Origin: Chiloscyllium plagiosum
Lineage: Eukaryota
Assembly: GCF_004010195.1 (NCBI RefSeq)
Contig: NC_057754.1
Span: 5,038,220-5,102,219 of the forward strand
DNA: 64,000 bases
Direction of reading: 5' to 3'
In this document: one piece after another, positions 38,330 to 51,638 of the stretch
How positions within the stretch are numbered: the first letter of the stretch is position 1
Layout: every line of letters starts with the position of its first letter
Notes under the pieces: model-generated
Database searches by the model: none
Seen by the model: the letters and a program-made list of their open reading frames with translations, nothing else
Told to the model about the DNA's origin: nothing
Translations under genes and position numbers: made by a program

Positions 38330-38652
38330 TAGAATCATAGAATCTGTACAGTGTGGAAGCTGGCCATTCGAGTCCACACCAACCCTCCCACTGAGACCCT
38401 ATCCCTATAAACCTGTGTTTCCCATGGCTAATCCACCTAGCCTGCACATAACTGGACACTGTGGGCAATTTAGCATGGCCAATCCACCTAACCTGCACAT
38501 TTTTGGACTGTGGGAGGAAACTGGAGCATCCAGAGGAAACCCACGCAGACACGGAGATAATGTGCAAACTCCACACAGACAGTTGCCTGGGGGGTGGAAT
38601 CGAACCCAGGTCCCTGGCTCTGTGAGGCAGCAGTGTTAACCACTGAGCCCAC
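38330..38652 (-). mobile_element. HE1-like SINE
   Basis: Full head, core and tail. Confidence 0.85.
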
Positions 38653-41379
38653 GAGCATATAACAATGGTATGAATTCTGGAGCCCCCGAATTGTCTTTAG
38701 GCAAACTGAAAGATGCAGGATCTCCCCTTTTTGAGAGATTGTGAACAATCTATATCCTTAGGATTTCTGTTTGGCTGATAACAGAACATAGAATAGCGCA
38801 GCAAAGGGAAAGATACCACATACAGACACACACCAAGAACTTGGGCGAGCCTCACCAAAGGATTTGCAGCATGACAACCATCCTTATTGGAACTCCGGAG
38901 AATTGAGTGCAAAAGCTCCCAGCACCCCATGACAGTCCAGCACCTCCATTAGGGTTTCGTCAGTAAGGCTGGATGGTTGTTCCGATCATGGTTAACGCCA
39001 CCTTGCAACTGTCCATTTTTCTGGCCATCTGCTTCATTGGGTTATTTGCTTGATGTCACTACCATCAGTGTTTCTGTGAAAAGGGTTTGTTCCTCTCATG
39101 ATCCAGATTACCCTTCTTTGCAAAGTCTCTTTCCTTCCAACTTTCATTGAAATTGGCACATTAATCTTCGCCCCAGACATTCTACATTCCACAAGATTTC
39201 CAAACCTAAGCTTGGGATCACCTGACTGTCACTCCTTGGTTTGACTCATTCCCTCTTCTATTTCCAGCCTTGGTAATGTCTCACACCATTTCAACTCAAT
39301 TAGCCCTTTGCATGATGATAGAGGCCCTTTAAGATGTTGTGCCTAAGTGGAATGCTGTCAGGAATAAATGATGAGTTGTGCTTTTGTGACACACTGTTAA
39401 ATTATATGAAGACCTTTGCGGTTCCTCAGGGAAAAGAAAAACCTTTTAGTTGCTAAGCATCTTAACCTTGGAAACCATACCATCTCCTCCCATCCTAAGG
39501 GGCTGCCTCACCATATTTATTACCCTCAGGATCCTTTAGTCACTTAACTATTTATGGTGGTGGGGGGGGCTTGATAGCTAGCTCCCCTTTTAATTTAGCT
39601 TGATTGAAAATGGGACTTCTCCTTTAAGACGACAGTCTGGATGGGAGATTCAGCTCCTCCTTGAGAACTAGTCAGGCAGACCCAGCTGCGTGTCAGTCAG
39701 TGAGTGAGCTGGCTACAAACCTAGCTGCAGAGACAAAATCTTCAGTACAGAGACGGCAGAGGACAGCATTCCACAGGCACAACCCCAGAGAAACGTGCAG
39801 CTTCTTTCTCAGAAATTAAAAATTCTGAAGCAGACGGGAGAGGACTGTCAGCACAAGTGGGAAATTTCTTCAGATATTTCCCCCCTGCCCCAACACCATC
39901 AGAAATATTTTGAGACAGAAGAACAGTATCAATGAGTCCACTCCGCATCCAGCATCTTGAAGAAAGACGCATGTCACACTTCTGGGCAGATCAGAAACAA
40001 TGGGCCACTAAACCCTGCTTGTTATGAGAAACTGTCGGAGGGTGAGATAAAACTGCTCCATTTTCTGCTGCTGATTTACAGAGACTTGATACACAGAGTC
40101 AGTTTTAGTCAACCAGAGTGAATATAAACAAAGCTATCGGGGACTGAAAATAATTTGAGTTACCTTCTGATAAATGAATTCAGTTCTATAGCTTTTTAGG
40201 GATGTGTGAACTACTGACTTCCAAGTCCAGCTTATTCTAACATCTGGAACAGCTTTTGTTCTTTTAGCTTCAAGTAGCTGAAAATATTAAGCATCATCCA
40301 GGTAAGATTTGAAAAACTTCAGTCCCTTGTCTCTAGAGACACTTTAAAATGAATTACGTTAAAAAAAAATGTTTTCATGATACGTTGCAAATGTCCTACT
40401 CTGTTTACAGGTGGTGAAGGTTTCAGAAAGCTTTGAATGTTTCACTGCAGCCAGTGGGTTTCGGTCTGGTGAGACCAACTGAGTTCAAGTAACTGCTGTC
40501 ACCTGGGCCCAGACCTACATTTAGGTTGGGACCTGGTCTGATCTGGATTCTGACCTTCCACCGACACACCCTCCCCTCCCCCAGTCTCCTATGCCGACAG
40601 TAACAGCCCTGCTCAGATCCGCGAGCTAACTCTAACCGGGGTTAAATCATGAATGTCTTTTTCCATGCAATGGAGTGTTGCACTGATTGGATTCAAGCAA
40701 AAAAAAATTTGCTTTTTATTTAGCAGCACTCACTGAACTACATCTGAGCCTTTGGTGGGACATATTAACAGTATATTTACTGTAACTATCCTAAAATAAT
40801 AACTGGCAGAGTCTACAGAGTCAAGCAGCATCCACCAACAGGAAAATCAGAGGACACAGGTTTAAGATAATTCGAATTACTTTAAGTAAAATGCCAAAGG
40901 GAAGGTGATCGAAAAAAAAGGACATGCAGCGAGTTGTTCTGGAATGATCTGGAACCTGCTATGGATAGCAGATGCAAAGTTGGTAGCAGCTTTACAAAGG
41001 GAATGTGGCATTATCATCAGGAAGAAAAGAAATGTCAGGACCGTGGGGTAAATGTAGAGGGAAGCGGGCAACTAATTAAATCACACTTTGAGAAAAAGCA
41101 TTGACATGATGAGTTTAATGACCTCCTTTCATGTCCTTTAATTTGATAAATTCAAAATCAGGTCATACAAAGACTGAACATTTCCCAAGCAAAAAGATGG
41201 AGTTTGCCTTACACAAGGGACAACTGGTTTAGCCGACAGTCTGATTAGACCTGTCTAAATAGAGTCACGTTAAATCGTTTGGGACAGGTTGCTGGTGGGC
41301 CACTAACTGGAGTAATGACAAGTTCAGCAGCAAACTCCTCTCACGTTTTCATACAAACACAGTCTGTTCTGAAACATCA

Positions 41380-41760
41380 TCCTACCTACAGCAGCATTTG
41401 TAGTGGCAGCACTGTGTACCAACTACGAAATGCACTGCAGGAATTCGCCGAAGATCCTCAGACCAGCACCTTCCAGACCCACAAACACTAACGTGTAGAT
41501 GGACAAGGGTAGCAGATACATGGGAACTCCATTCTTTGCAACCCCCCGTCTGAGCCACTCACCATCCTGACTTGGAAATATATCAGCCATTCCTTCAGTG
41601 TCACTGGGTCAAAATCCTGGATTCCCTCCCAAAGGGCATTGTGGGTCTACCTATAGCAGGTGACACAAGAAAGCAGCCCACCACCATCTTCTCAAGGGGC
41701 AACTAGGGACAGGCAATGAATGCTGGGGCCAGTCAGCAACGCCCCATGTCCCATAACTGA
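41380..41760 (+). mobile_element. CR1-type LINE (second clade) 3' end
   Basis: GGGTCAAAATCCTGGA...CAAGGGGCAACTAGGGAC. Confidence 0.75.
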
Positions 41761-42317
41761 CTATTTGTTGGCCAATTACTGAACAGGTCTTAAAATTGTG
41801 CGGGCAGTGTCAGAGTGGGAAGATGACTCAATTATCACCCGGAGGAGCATTAATACAATGAGGTGGCTACAGATCTCATTAGGCAGTGATCATACATCTT
41901 ATTGATGCCACATAGACAGGCTCCAGGTACAGGTTCTGGCTTATTCCCCAAAGGGCAGACAGAAATTTTGTAAGGGAAAACAATATCCATCTGTCCCTAA
42001 TCACTCTGGGACCAGTTGGTGTGCGTATTTGCAGTGAACCCGCTATATGCCCACATTCTGGGCTGACTGGTAGAGTGTGAGAGACAGTCAGTGAGTGCGC
42101 GCATGTCTGTGTGGGGGCACGCATGCTCTTGTCAGTATGTGTGTGTGAGATGAAAGAGAAAAGAACACAGAGAAAAATAGGAGCCTCTCTGCCAATAAAT
42201 ACTACTTCCCCTCTAAAAAGGGCCTGGAGGGTCACAAAGCATTTCTCATAAAGAATCCTCTGCTGGGTAATGCAAGCTCAGTTTACTACCCATTTTCTCA
42301 ACTCACTTGCTCATTCA

Positions 42318-42585
42318 TCGAATCCCTACAGTGTGAAAACTGGCCATTCAGCCCATCTAATCCACACTGACCCTCCAAACAGAATCTTACCCAGACCCAC
42401 ACCCCTAGACTATTCCTGTAACCCTGAATTTACCATGGCTAACCTGTACATCTTTGGATTCTGAGAGGAAACCTACTCAGGCACAGGGAGAACGTATAAA
42501 CTCCACACAGACAGTCATCCAAGCATGGGATCAAACCTGGGTCCCTGACACTGTGAGGCAGCAATACTAAGCACTGTGCCATTGT
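42318..42585 (-). mobile_element. HE1-like SINE
   Basis: Family core and head. Confidence 0.8.
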
Positions 42586-43490
42586 TTGGGGTGTTTCCAT
42601 GTAAAATGCCCACCAATCGAGACAATGGAAGAGTTTAAGTTATTGGATTGTGTGCAATCTCACACTCCCCACCTAGCACTAACAGTTGTATCTATCCCTG
42701 TGGGAATCAAAGAGTGACTCTTCTGAACCAGCACAATGGTGAAGCACTTTTGTCCCTGTCCTCACTGCAAACCACTCACTCACATTGCACAGTTCAAACC
42801 AAGTCTGAACTTGTGTGACTGAGAAAATATTCTAGTTTTAGCATGGGTCACGGGATAATGATCAGAACTAGTTGGTGACAACAGTGGTTTTCTTTAATGG
42901 TGGTGGTGGTGGGTGGGGGGAGACGCTGAATAAAAAAGCAACTGAACCACACAGAATTACAATATTGCACAGCACGGAAGGAGGCTAATCGGTCCATTAG
43001 GTTTGCGATGGCTCTCTGAAGGAGCAATTTACCTCACCCGTGCCTTCTCCACGCGGTCCCACATGTCCTTACTTTTCAGATATTGAACTAGTTGTTATCT
43101 TTCTTTCCCTCTGCAGCCATTCCCAGCGGAAGCTGAGAAAATGACCCTCTCTTACTGCTGCCTTTGACAGAAAGGAGTAAGCGCAACATGGATCGGAACT
43201 GAATTTGTTCCTTCACCTGACTCAAAACCCAGAGTCACAGGAGCAGTTTCGGTGTCATATTCCAACCGTCTATCAGAGCAATGCAGACAACGTTCTGATT
43301 CTCAGTGCCTAGCAAGCCGTGAAAGTTAAAATAAACTCGATCCAGATACAGCATCTGCAGAAGAAACTTTGCAATCAGACGATTTATCCTGCAGAAATTT
43401 ACGTGCAAGAAACACTAATGAACTCTTGACAGAAGAGGTCAGTTCAAACAAAGATTGGAGGTTTTTGGTGAAAACTGTAAAACTTCAGCC

Positions 43491-43945
43491 ATGGCAGATC
43501 ACTGTGCCAATGTGTCACAATGCAGTGACTTGAGTTTGACTGACCTTGGCTTGTCATGGAATCAGAGTTATGAGTATGAACAATACATGTCATTGCCAGA
43601 TATAAGAGGGCAGGAGGCTGCTGATAATACTTTCTACCAGGCCAGGATTGTGATAGGTGTGGCCTTTGTCTGCATAATGCTGGTCTGTGGCGTTGGCAAT
43701 TTCTTCTTCATTGTGACCCTGGCCAGATACAAGAATCTGAGGAACATCACCAATCTCCTGATAGTCAACCTGGCCATCTCTGATTTCATTGTGGCCATTG
43801 TGTGCTGTCCCTTCGAAATGGATTACTACGTGGTCAGAGGGCTGTCCTGGAGCTTTGGTCATGTTCTATGTTCCTCTGTGAACTACCTCAGAATGGTGTC
43901 CCTCTATGTCTCCACCAACGCGCTGCTGGTCATTGCCGTCGACAG
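43491..43945 (+). CDS. PROKR: Prokineticin receptor (class A GPCR), coding exon 1: N-terminus and TM1-TM3
   Basis: Kozak [56 protein letters not shown] are PROKR hallmarks; phase-2 donor AG|GTGTGT inside the R of DRY. Paralogue identity not resolved. Confidence 0.96.
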
Positions 43946-43979
43946 GTGTGTTACATTTGGAGTTCTTCTGCAAGTGCAC

Positions 43980-44292
43980 AGAATCATAGTATCCCTACAG
44001 TGTGGAAACAGGCCATTTGGCCCAACAAGTCCACATCGACCCTCCGATGAGTAATCCACCCAGACCCATCCCCCTCCCCTATTACTCTACATTTCCCCTG
44101 ACTAATTCACTTAACCTACACTTGCCTGAACACTATGTGCAATTTACCATGGCCAATCCACCTAACCTGCACATCTTTGGATCGTGAGAGGAAACCGGAG
44201 CCCCACGGAGGAAATCCATGTAAAAACGGATAGAATGTGCAAGTTCCAGACAGACAGTCCCTGGCACTGTAAGGCAGCAGTGCTAAGTCACT
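43980..44292 (-). mobile_element. HE1-like SINE in the PROKR intron, about 35 nt from the donor
   Basis: Family tail, core and head. Confidence 0.85.
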
Positions 44293-44459
44293 ACAAGTTG
44301 CCTTCAGCCATCAACCTGAACTCTGTTTCCTAGCCAGCAATTCCATCTCCTCTTTGGACATTAGTCTGGGTGACACCAAGCCAGACAGTAGGCAACCCTG
44401 CATCTTAGTTGGCCCTGAGTAGAGCTTCCAAACACAATCTCTGCTCCAAGAGAATATAC

Positions 44460-44680
44460 AAGGCAAAGTTGCCATAGTCCTACTGGACCATAGGTCTTCC
44501 ATTTCATTAGAGGTAGACAACTGATGGTGAATTAACCTGATGTCACCATGTCTCAGGTGAGGGGAGGGGTCGAGAAGGAGAATCCTGCATGGTGACCTCA
44601 GCCAGTACAGAAATTGAACCCACACTGTTAGCATCAACCTATCGCAAACTGGCTATCCAGCCAATTGAACTAACTGAGTC
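44460..44680 (-). mobile_element. tRNA-derived SINE, third family
   Basis: Minus-strand head AGTTAGTTCAATTGG...GGGTTCAATTTC. Confidence 0.55.
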
Positions 44681-44684
44681 CCTA

Positions 44685-45265
44685 TACACATACATTGATG
44701 GTATCTATGCCTCTGGACTGTTAATCCAGAACCCTAGGTTAGCATTCTGGGGATGTGGGTTCGAAACCCACAATGACAGAAGGTGAAAATTGAATTCAAT
44801 AAAATCTGGAATCAAAATCCAATTGAATAATGATGACTTAACCATTCTTGTTTAAAAAAAAAACCTACTTGGTTCACTAATATTCTCAAAGGGTTGGAAA
44901 TCTTCCGTCCTTACCTGGTCTGGCCTATAAGTAACCCCAGCAATGCGGTTGACTCTTAACTGCTGTCTGAAATGGCCAATCAGTCCTAGTTGAATTGAGA
45001 GTGTGGTGCTGGAAAAGCACAGCAGGTCTGGCAGCATTCGAGGAGCAGGAGAATTGATGTTTCGTGCATAAGCCCCACATCATGAATCCTGATGAGTAGC
45101 TTATGCCTGAAACATCGATTCTCCTGCTCCTCGGATGCTGCCTTACCTGCTGCGTTTTTCCAGCGCCACACTCTCGACTCTGATCTCCAGCACGTGCAGC
45201 CCTCACTTTCTTCTGGGCATGGGTAACAAATGGCAGTCTTGCCCTCAATGTTGATATCCCATGAA
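44685..45265 (+). mobile_element. tRNA-derived SINE, second family, hosting a fold-back PLE
   Basis: B box GGGTTCGAAACC near 44757; tail resumes after 45213. Confidence 0.75.
44997..45213. mobile_element. Fold-back PLE mini-element in the PROKR intron
   Basis: Arms of about 90 bp around CATCATGAATCCTGATG. Confidence 0.85.
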
Positions 45266-46788
45266 AGACTATACTGTTTACTTTGACACCTGCAGTATGA
45301 CCCTTCCTCACCCTGACTCAGCTATTTCCTGCTGAAATCACCATCCCATCTCATTCCCTCTCTAGTCTCAACTATTCCAATGCTCTTCCAGGGTTCCCCA
45401 TCTTCCACCCTCCTTAAAACACCCAGATTATCCAAACCTCTGTTAGCCCTTATCCTAAACCACACCAAATCTTCTTCACCCATCATCAATTAACTACACC
45501 GACGTCCATACTAGCAAAGTGACAAATTTTAAGTTGTTGTCCTTGCATTCAAATCCATGGCAATGTTGCTCCGTACTCAGTAAATTCCTCCAGCCTCATA
45601 ATCCTTAGCAAATTCTACATCAAATGTAACATCCTATGGATTCTTGATTTATTTTTGCCTAACTACAGGTGGCCATGCCTTTCAGTCCAGGCCTTAAACC
45701 TCATCCCGAAACCATCTTACCTCTTTTTCTCCTACTTTTAAGAAATTGCTTAAAAACAATTTGACCAATCTCTTCATAAACAAATACAGAAATTGCCACA
45801 AAGGCTCAGCAACAAAACTGTTCTGAGAAAGGATCAGCCAATCCGAAACACTCTTATCTTTTGATCATTTTCCCTCATATCTCCCTCGGTGTCTGATTGC
45901 CTTGAGCATTACCAATAAATTACTAACTACATTAGAAACGAGACAAATGCAAACTACTATTGTTTTAAAATGACACTGCAAAGTCACAACTATTTTCTGA
46001 GAAGTAAGATTTTCAGCAGTCATCAGCAATTCCTGCCCTTACTTCATCTATCCTTTGAGGGTAACTTTATTCTGATTTTGCCCCATTATCTGCAATTTGC
46101 AGCAAAACCAAACAGATATGGCCGCCTCAGCTTCAAACCTCAGTGCCATTGGAGTTAGCTACCTCCATCAGGCTGTGAGGTCAGGAGAGCTGAACAAATT
46201 GCTGGGTTAGGAAAGGGGCAAAACCTAGCTACTTACTCAGTGACCCTGCACACGTGGGTGATCATCAGGTGACGATTAGATCAAATCCACTGTGACAGCC
46301 ACAGGTAAATTAGTGAGTTGACCAGTGCCGTCAAGGCAAACACGTGCAGAGGGCTTGTTTGGACAAGGTCATTGCGGCCCTCGGTGTCCACAGATTTCAT
46401 TCATCATTAAACATTGCCATGGCAGCAAAATTAGAGAAGAATCCGACAGTAAAAGAATTGTGGCATGATGTAAAATTACAGTCATTCCTCTGTATCGGTG
46501 AAACTCTGTCCTTGAGAATCTTCACCAATGATGAAGTTCAGAAGTAGGGAGCTCATTAAAAATAGGCTATCGATTTTTGATGTGACATCTTTTGGCGTAG
46601 ATAGGCGAACTTGTGATTTCACGGATGCGGAGGATTTATTGGATTTTCTTTTCGGTAACAATCAAACTGGGTCTTCACAACCAGACGTTCAATGTCATAA
46701 TGTCTTTTGGACTAACCAAAATCTTCCAGTTACCTCAGACTCTCCTACTTATCCTTTCACCTTTGTTTCTCTCTTGTACCCATTGCAG

Positions 46789-47482
46789 GTATCTGGTCAT
46801 TGTGCACCCACTGAAACCTCGTATGAAGTTTCAGACGGCCTACTGTGTTCTGATTGCCGTATGGTTAGTCTCCCTGTTCATCTCCATCCCCTCAGCATAC
46901 TTTACAACTGAAACAACCTTCGACACTTTCCTGGGAAGCAACGGGAAAATATTCTGTGGGCAGATCTGGCCGGCAGACAAGAAACTCTTCTACAAGTCCT
47001 ATTTCTTGTTCCTCTTCATCCTGGAGTTTGTTGTGCCTGTGCTGACTATGTCCCTGTGCTACATGCAGATCTGCAGGGAGCTGTGGTTCAAAAGCATGCC
47101 AGGTGTGCAAACCTACCAAATTAAGAAGCGGCTTCGAGCACGGAGGAAGACCGTCCTGGTCCTTATGGGTATATTGACCGCCTACATCCTCTGCTGGGCT
47201 CCATATTATGGATACACCATCGTCCGAGATTTCTTTCCAAATGTGCTCCTCAGAGTAAAGCATTCCATCACGGTGTACTACATTGTAGAGTGCATTGCAG
47301 TGAGCAACAGCATGATAAACACGCTGTTCTTCGTTACAGTAAAAAACAACACTTGCAAGTATGTGAAGAAGAGCTTCCTTCAGCGCTGGAGGGCTGCCTA
47401 CATACCTGACAAAAGCACTGCCATGCAAGAGTGCCAAACATCAGTGCTGCCGGTGTCCGACGAACTGCCTCAGCAGCAATAG
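46789..47482 (+). CDS. PROKR: Prokineticin receptor, coding exon 2: ICL2 through TM7 and C-tail
   Basis: Strong pyrimidine tract with TTGCAG acceptor; phase matches exon 1 (455+694=1149 nt, 382 aa); [50 protein letters not shown]. Confidence 0.96.
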
Positions 47483-49107
47483 CCAACATGCATTGCCTGC
47501 ATCTAGGTGATACTATGCCAAGGCAATGTTAAACAAAGTGACTCTACTGGTGTAAACCAGCCTGGCTGATGCTGTGGGTGTTGGTGACTCAGCTGTGAAA
47601 CAAGGCAAAACATTAGTTTCCCGGAGACAATTGCTGTAGAATTATTTGGTGGCCATGTGGGATGGGAAGATGATAGTTAAGGTACACAAGGAGTTGCATC
47701 ATGCATGCAAGGAGCCATGTTGGTTTTCAGGTCACACTTCCAAAGGAGTTTCCAATACATCCTCAGGATTCCTTCCCTCCTCCATCCTACAGGCTAAAAG
47801 TCAACTCAAGCTCAGCAGATATCCCATTGCTAAGGCTTTGCTACTCTGCATTATTAATGGACTTCACCAGTGTTTTTCCCAAGACCAACTGTTGATATCA
47901 GTGGCACAAAACTCCCTGCTGACTCAAAAGTAATTCATGTATTGAACTTCATCAATGTTTTGCCTATTTCAGATAGTGAGACTTGTGAAAAGTTGTGCTG
48001 AGGGCCAATCAGAAAAGCTCCCAAATTGATGGGTGGCTCCATGCTGGAAGTATTGCTGCAATTTTATCTGCAACAGGAGTTTCTGCAAAGACTCCAGCTA
48101 TCTAGTGAACTATATTGCAAATCTGAGAGATTGTCTTATTGCCCTCAGCAGCAAAGGGTCAAAAACAGCAAGGTATGTGTAAGGTGATGGGAACAAGAAT
48201 GTTTTCTGAGATGCAAATTTTGTTGTTGATATGTGCCAAAGCTCCCAGGAATTAGCTATCATTTGCCCGTAAGGAAAGGATTAGCTGATCTGGTACTGGA
48301 TTGATACCTCATGTTGAAAGGCTTCAGCACTTCACTCTTGGGGTGCTGCTCTAGGTACAATTGCATACAAGGCCACATCTAATGGAAACTAGATCTTCCT
48401 AAGCAGGTTTACTGGTCTCAGAATCTGTCCAGGTGAACAGGATGCTTCTTATGAAGACTGTCAAACTGGGCTGTGGTATTCCACAAATGACATTTCATCG
48501 CAGAGTTCCTTCTCTGAAACCAATGTAATGAATAATGCATCTCATACCACCTCCAGCTACATGCGTGCGTGTGTGTATGGGGTATGGGGGCATTGGGCGA
48601 TATGCTATGATGAAAGAGAGACTACAATTCATGAAGTACCACTCCATGACTTTCAGAAATATCTCCAAAATATTTCACATTGGAGACATTATGCTGGACT
48701 CTGAACACAGAGCATGGAAACAGACCCTTTGGTCCAACGTGTCCATGGCAGCCCAATTTGTCAAACTAAACCAGTCCAACTGAGCCAGAACTGAAAAGGG
48801 GAAAAATGGAGAAACCAGAAAACATTGTTTGTAAATGAGAATGAATACTGTCGTTAAGAATTCCTTGTAAATAGCTTACAAAAGCATCACAGATCATTCC
48901 GGTTTCTGTTGTCACCCAAATTCAGATAGCATCCACTTGTTAAACCTTGAATCTCCGAAAGAGAGACAGCAAGGTTCTTACACTCTGGCTCTGTGTAAAG
49001 CAGGCTGATTCTTGTCTAGTCTTGCACTGTGTTATGTCAAAGGTTCTTCATTCAATCATAGATATCCTGTGTAATTGTTCATTGTCTCTGCAACGTCAAC
49101 AGTGTTG

Positions 49108-49148
49108 AATAAAATTCATGGAAGGAAAAGGTTTTGTTTCGTTTTATG
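49108..49148 (+). terminator. Probable PROKR polyadenylation signal (3' UTR about 1.65 kb)
   Basis: First AATAAA I found after the stop (49108-49113), followed by GU/U-rich GTTTTGTTTCGTTTT. Confidence 0.55.
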
Positions 49149-49415
49149 CAAAAGCTGCATTTATTCATAAGAGGCTAAATTTCACAAGAGGTCTTTTTTC
49201 TGTCCCATTATCTCTTTTTTTAAGTCACCTATACCCAAGAAGAGAGGGAGAGACTGGCCTTGCCGCTCAACTGTCCTGCATGAGCAACCTTGCTAGGTTC
49301 CATTATGGGAGTCTCCAGAAACAACTTTCTTACTATGCACTCATACATATGCACCAATAGAGAATGGTATCCATATTTACAGCCAGTGGTATTAATGAGA
49401 AATCACAATGAGGTA

Positions 49416-50048
49416 TGTTTAAGATGTATGTTTTGTCCTTTCTTTTGTGAAGAGAGATTTTAAGTCAGAGGTACTAAGCTTGCGAGTGAAGGCCCATAAA
49501 GTAAACAGCTTGGGAGGCCTTGGGCTTTTAAGTTAGGACAATAAAAGCAGCCTTGGTGGCTGTGGCCACATCTTACAGACCAGAATGTGTAGTTTTTGTT
49601 TAAGCTTTTAGATTCGGCAGTTGCCATGGGGTCTTGAAGAGGTGGAAATTATTTTATGGCCCCTCTTTCAATTACAACCAGAAGCTGGGGGCTGTCTTCC
49701 TAGGCTACTGGAATGAATGAGAGACAAAATATGTTTTCTGAATTTGGCTTTTGCCAAAGGATGGCTTATGGGATGTCACTATATTGGAACAGTTAATTAG
49801 CAATAGTTACTGTAGCTATTATTCTGTTAAGTTTTCCAATGGAGTTAAGTTATTCCAAGTTCTTCTTTCTTTTGTTGTATTTTAACTATAGTGTTTGAAT
49901 AAATTGTGTTTTGCTTAACATCCAGTAGTCTGACCAGTCAAATTACAACTGGAACATAGCACCTCACTTTACCTTTAAAGTAAGAAGATGTTAAGGTCTA
50001 GGCTGCCTTCTTAAAATATTCTGAGAAGGCCTTGTCTGGCCCAATACA
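49416..50048 (+). mobile_element. Probable solo LTR
   Basis: TG...CA ends, about 630 bp, internal AATAAA near 49898; no clear TSD. Confidence 0.45.
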
Positions 50049-50729
50049 GAAAAAGAGGAGAAAATTGACATGAATAAATGCTAAAGAACTTAACGACAAT
50101 GTGAAGCTTCTATTGTCTTAATTTGGGATAAAAGAAGTTGTGAAGGATGATAAGCTCAGTGCAGTGAACACTTGAGAATGACTTAAGGAGAAAATGTACA
50201 AATAGACCAAATCCCACTGAAATGAAAACCCATAAAAATACAAATGTAAGGGAACAACATTTAAATCCATCTGGTCTAACTTGATATACAGCTACACACT
50301 GCTGCTTCTCATACACACTGAATAGCGCCCAGAGTCTGTCTTGGCTGCAGTTCAATCGGTTATGAAAAGATGGTTTCTTTTCCCTTTGAAGCTTTTCATG
50401 GAACAAACAGCACTTGCAACATCTTTTGGGCCTCCCCTGCAGGTTATATGTTCCCTTTCTTTCTTGAGGATCTTGTCATCTGTGTGGTAGTCACCTTCCT
50501 GAGACTAAGTGTACTGGGCTTCACTGGCTTCAAGCTAATCCTGTCTTGTCAATACCGCCACCAATTTAATTAAACCCTATTTATTTTGTAAACATCGACC
50601 AGCAACTGGCTAAAAGAGATAGGAGGAAATAAAGCTGGATGGAGCAAAGAAAATAATGAAAAATATAAAGGATGAATTAAAGGAAATCGTTAAAAGGAAA
50701 ACAATGGAAATAAATGGCTGTATGGTTTC

Positions 50730-51638
50730 ATAGAGATATACAGCACAGGAACAGACCCTTCGATCCAACTAGTCCATGCCGACCAGACATCGTAAATTAA
50801 TCTAGTCCCATTTGCCAGGACTTGGCCCATATCTCTCTAAATTCTTCCTTTGTTCCTAACCCCATCCAGATGCCTTTTAAATGTTGTGATTATACCAGCC
50901 TTCACCACTTCCTCTGGCAGCTCATTCTATCCATGTAATACCCTCTGCATGAAAAGGTTGCCCCTTAGGTCCCTTTTAAACCTTTCCACTCTCACCTAAA
51001 ATCTATGTCATCTAGTTTTGGACTCCCCTACCCTGGGGTAAAATACCTTGGCTATTCATCCACTTCATGCCCCTCATGATTTTATAAACCTCTCTAAGAT
51101 CACCCGTCAGTATCCGACGCTCCAGGGAAAATAGCTGCAGCCTATTCAGCCTCTCCCTCTAGCTCAAATCCTCCAACCCCAGCAGCATCCTTGTATATGT
51201 TTCCTCACCGCTCTCAAGTTTCACAATATCTTTCCTATAACAGGGAGAACGGAATCGAAAATAGTATTCAAAAAGTGGCCCAATCAATGTCCTGTACAGC
51301 TGCGACATTGGATCCCAATTCTTATACTCAATGCACTGTCCAATAAAGGCAAGCATACCAAACATCATCATCTCTACCCTGTCTACCTGTGACTCCATTT
51401 CCAAGGAACTATGAACCTGCACCCCAAGGTTTCTTTGTTTGGTAACACTCCCCAGGTCCTTCCCATTAAGTGTGTAAGCCCTGCCCTGATTTGCCTTTCC
51501 AAAATGCAACATCTCACATTTATCCAAATTAAACTCCATTTGCCATTCCTCGACACATCTGTCCCTTTGTACTCTGAGATAACCTTCTTCACTGCCCACT
51601 AACTACCAATTTTAGTTCCAACTGTAAACTTACTAATT
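50730..51638 (-). mobile_element. CR1/HER1-like LINE 3' part flanked by ~150-bp direct repeats
   Basis: EEWQMEFNLDKCEMLHFGK ORF plus 3' UTR. Confidence 0.9.

Noticed and set aside
43455..43490. ORF-track start at 43455
   Set aside because: It is a TTG; the ATG at 43491 has a strong Kozak context and gives a family-typical length
46140..46400. Possible ancient SINE-like element, with similar sequence near 13660-13910
   Set aside because: Too degenerate to assign or delimit by eye
46613..46788. N-terminal extension of the 289-aa ORF
   Set aside because: Intronic sequence upstream of the acceptor at 46787-46788
46892..47437. 181-aa antisense ORF
   Set aside because: Shadow of the PROKR coding strand
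47477..47488. Programmed stop readthrough at the PROKR TAG
   Set aside because: Context CAA-TAG-CCA-ACA matches neither the UGA-CUAG nor the UAG-CARYYA readthrough motif
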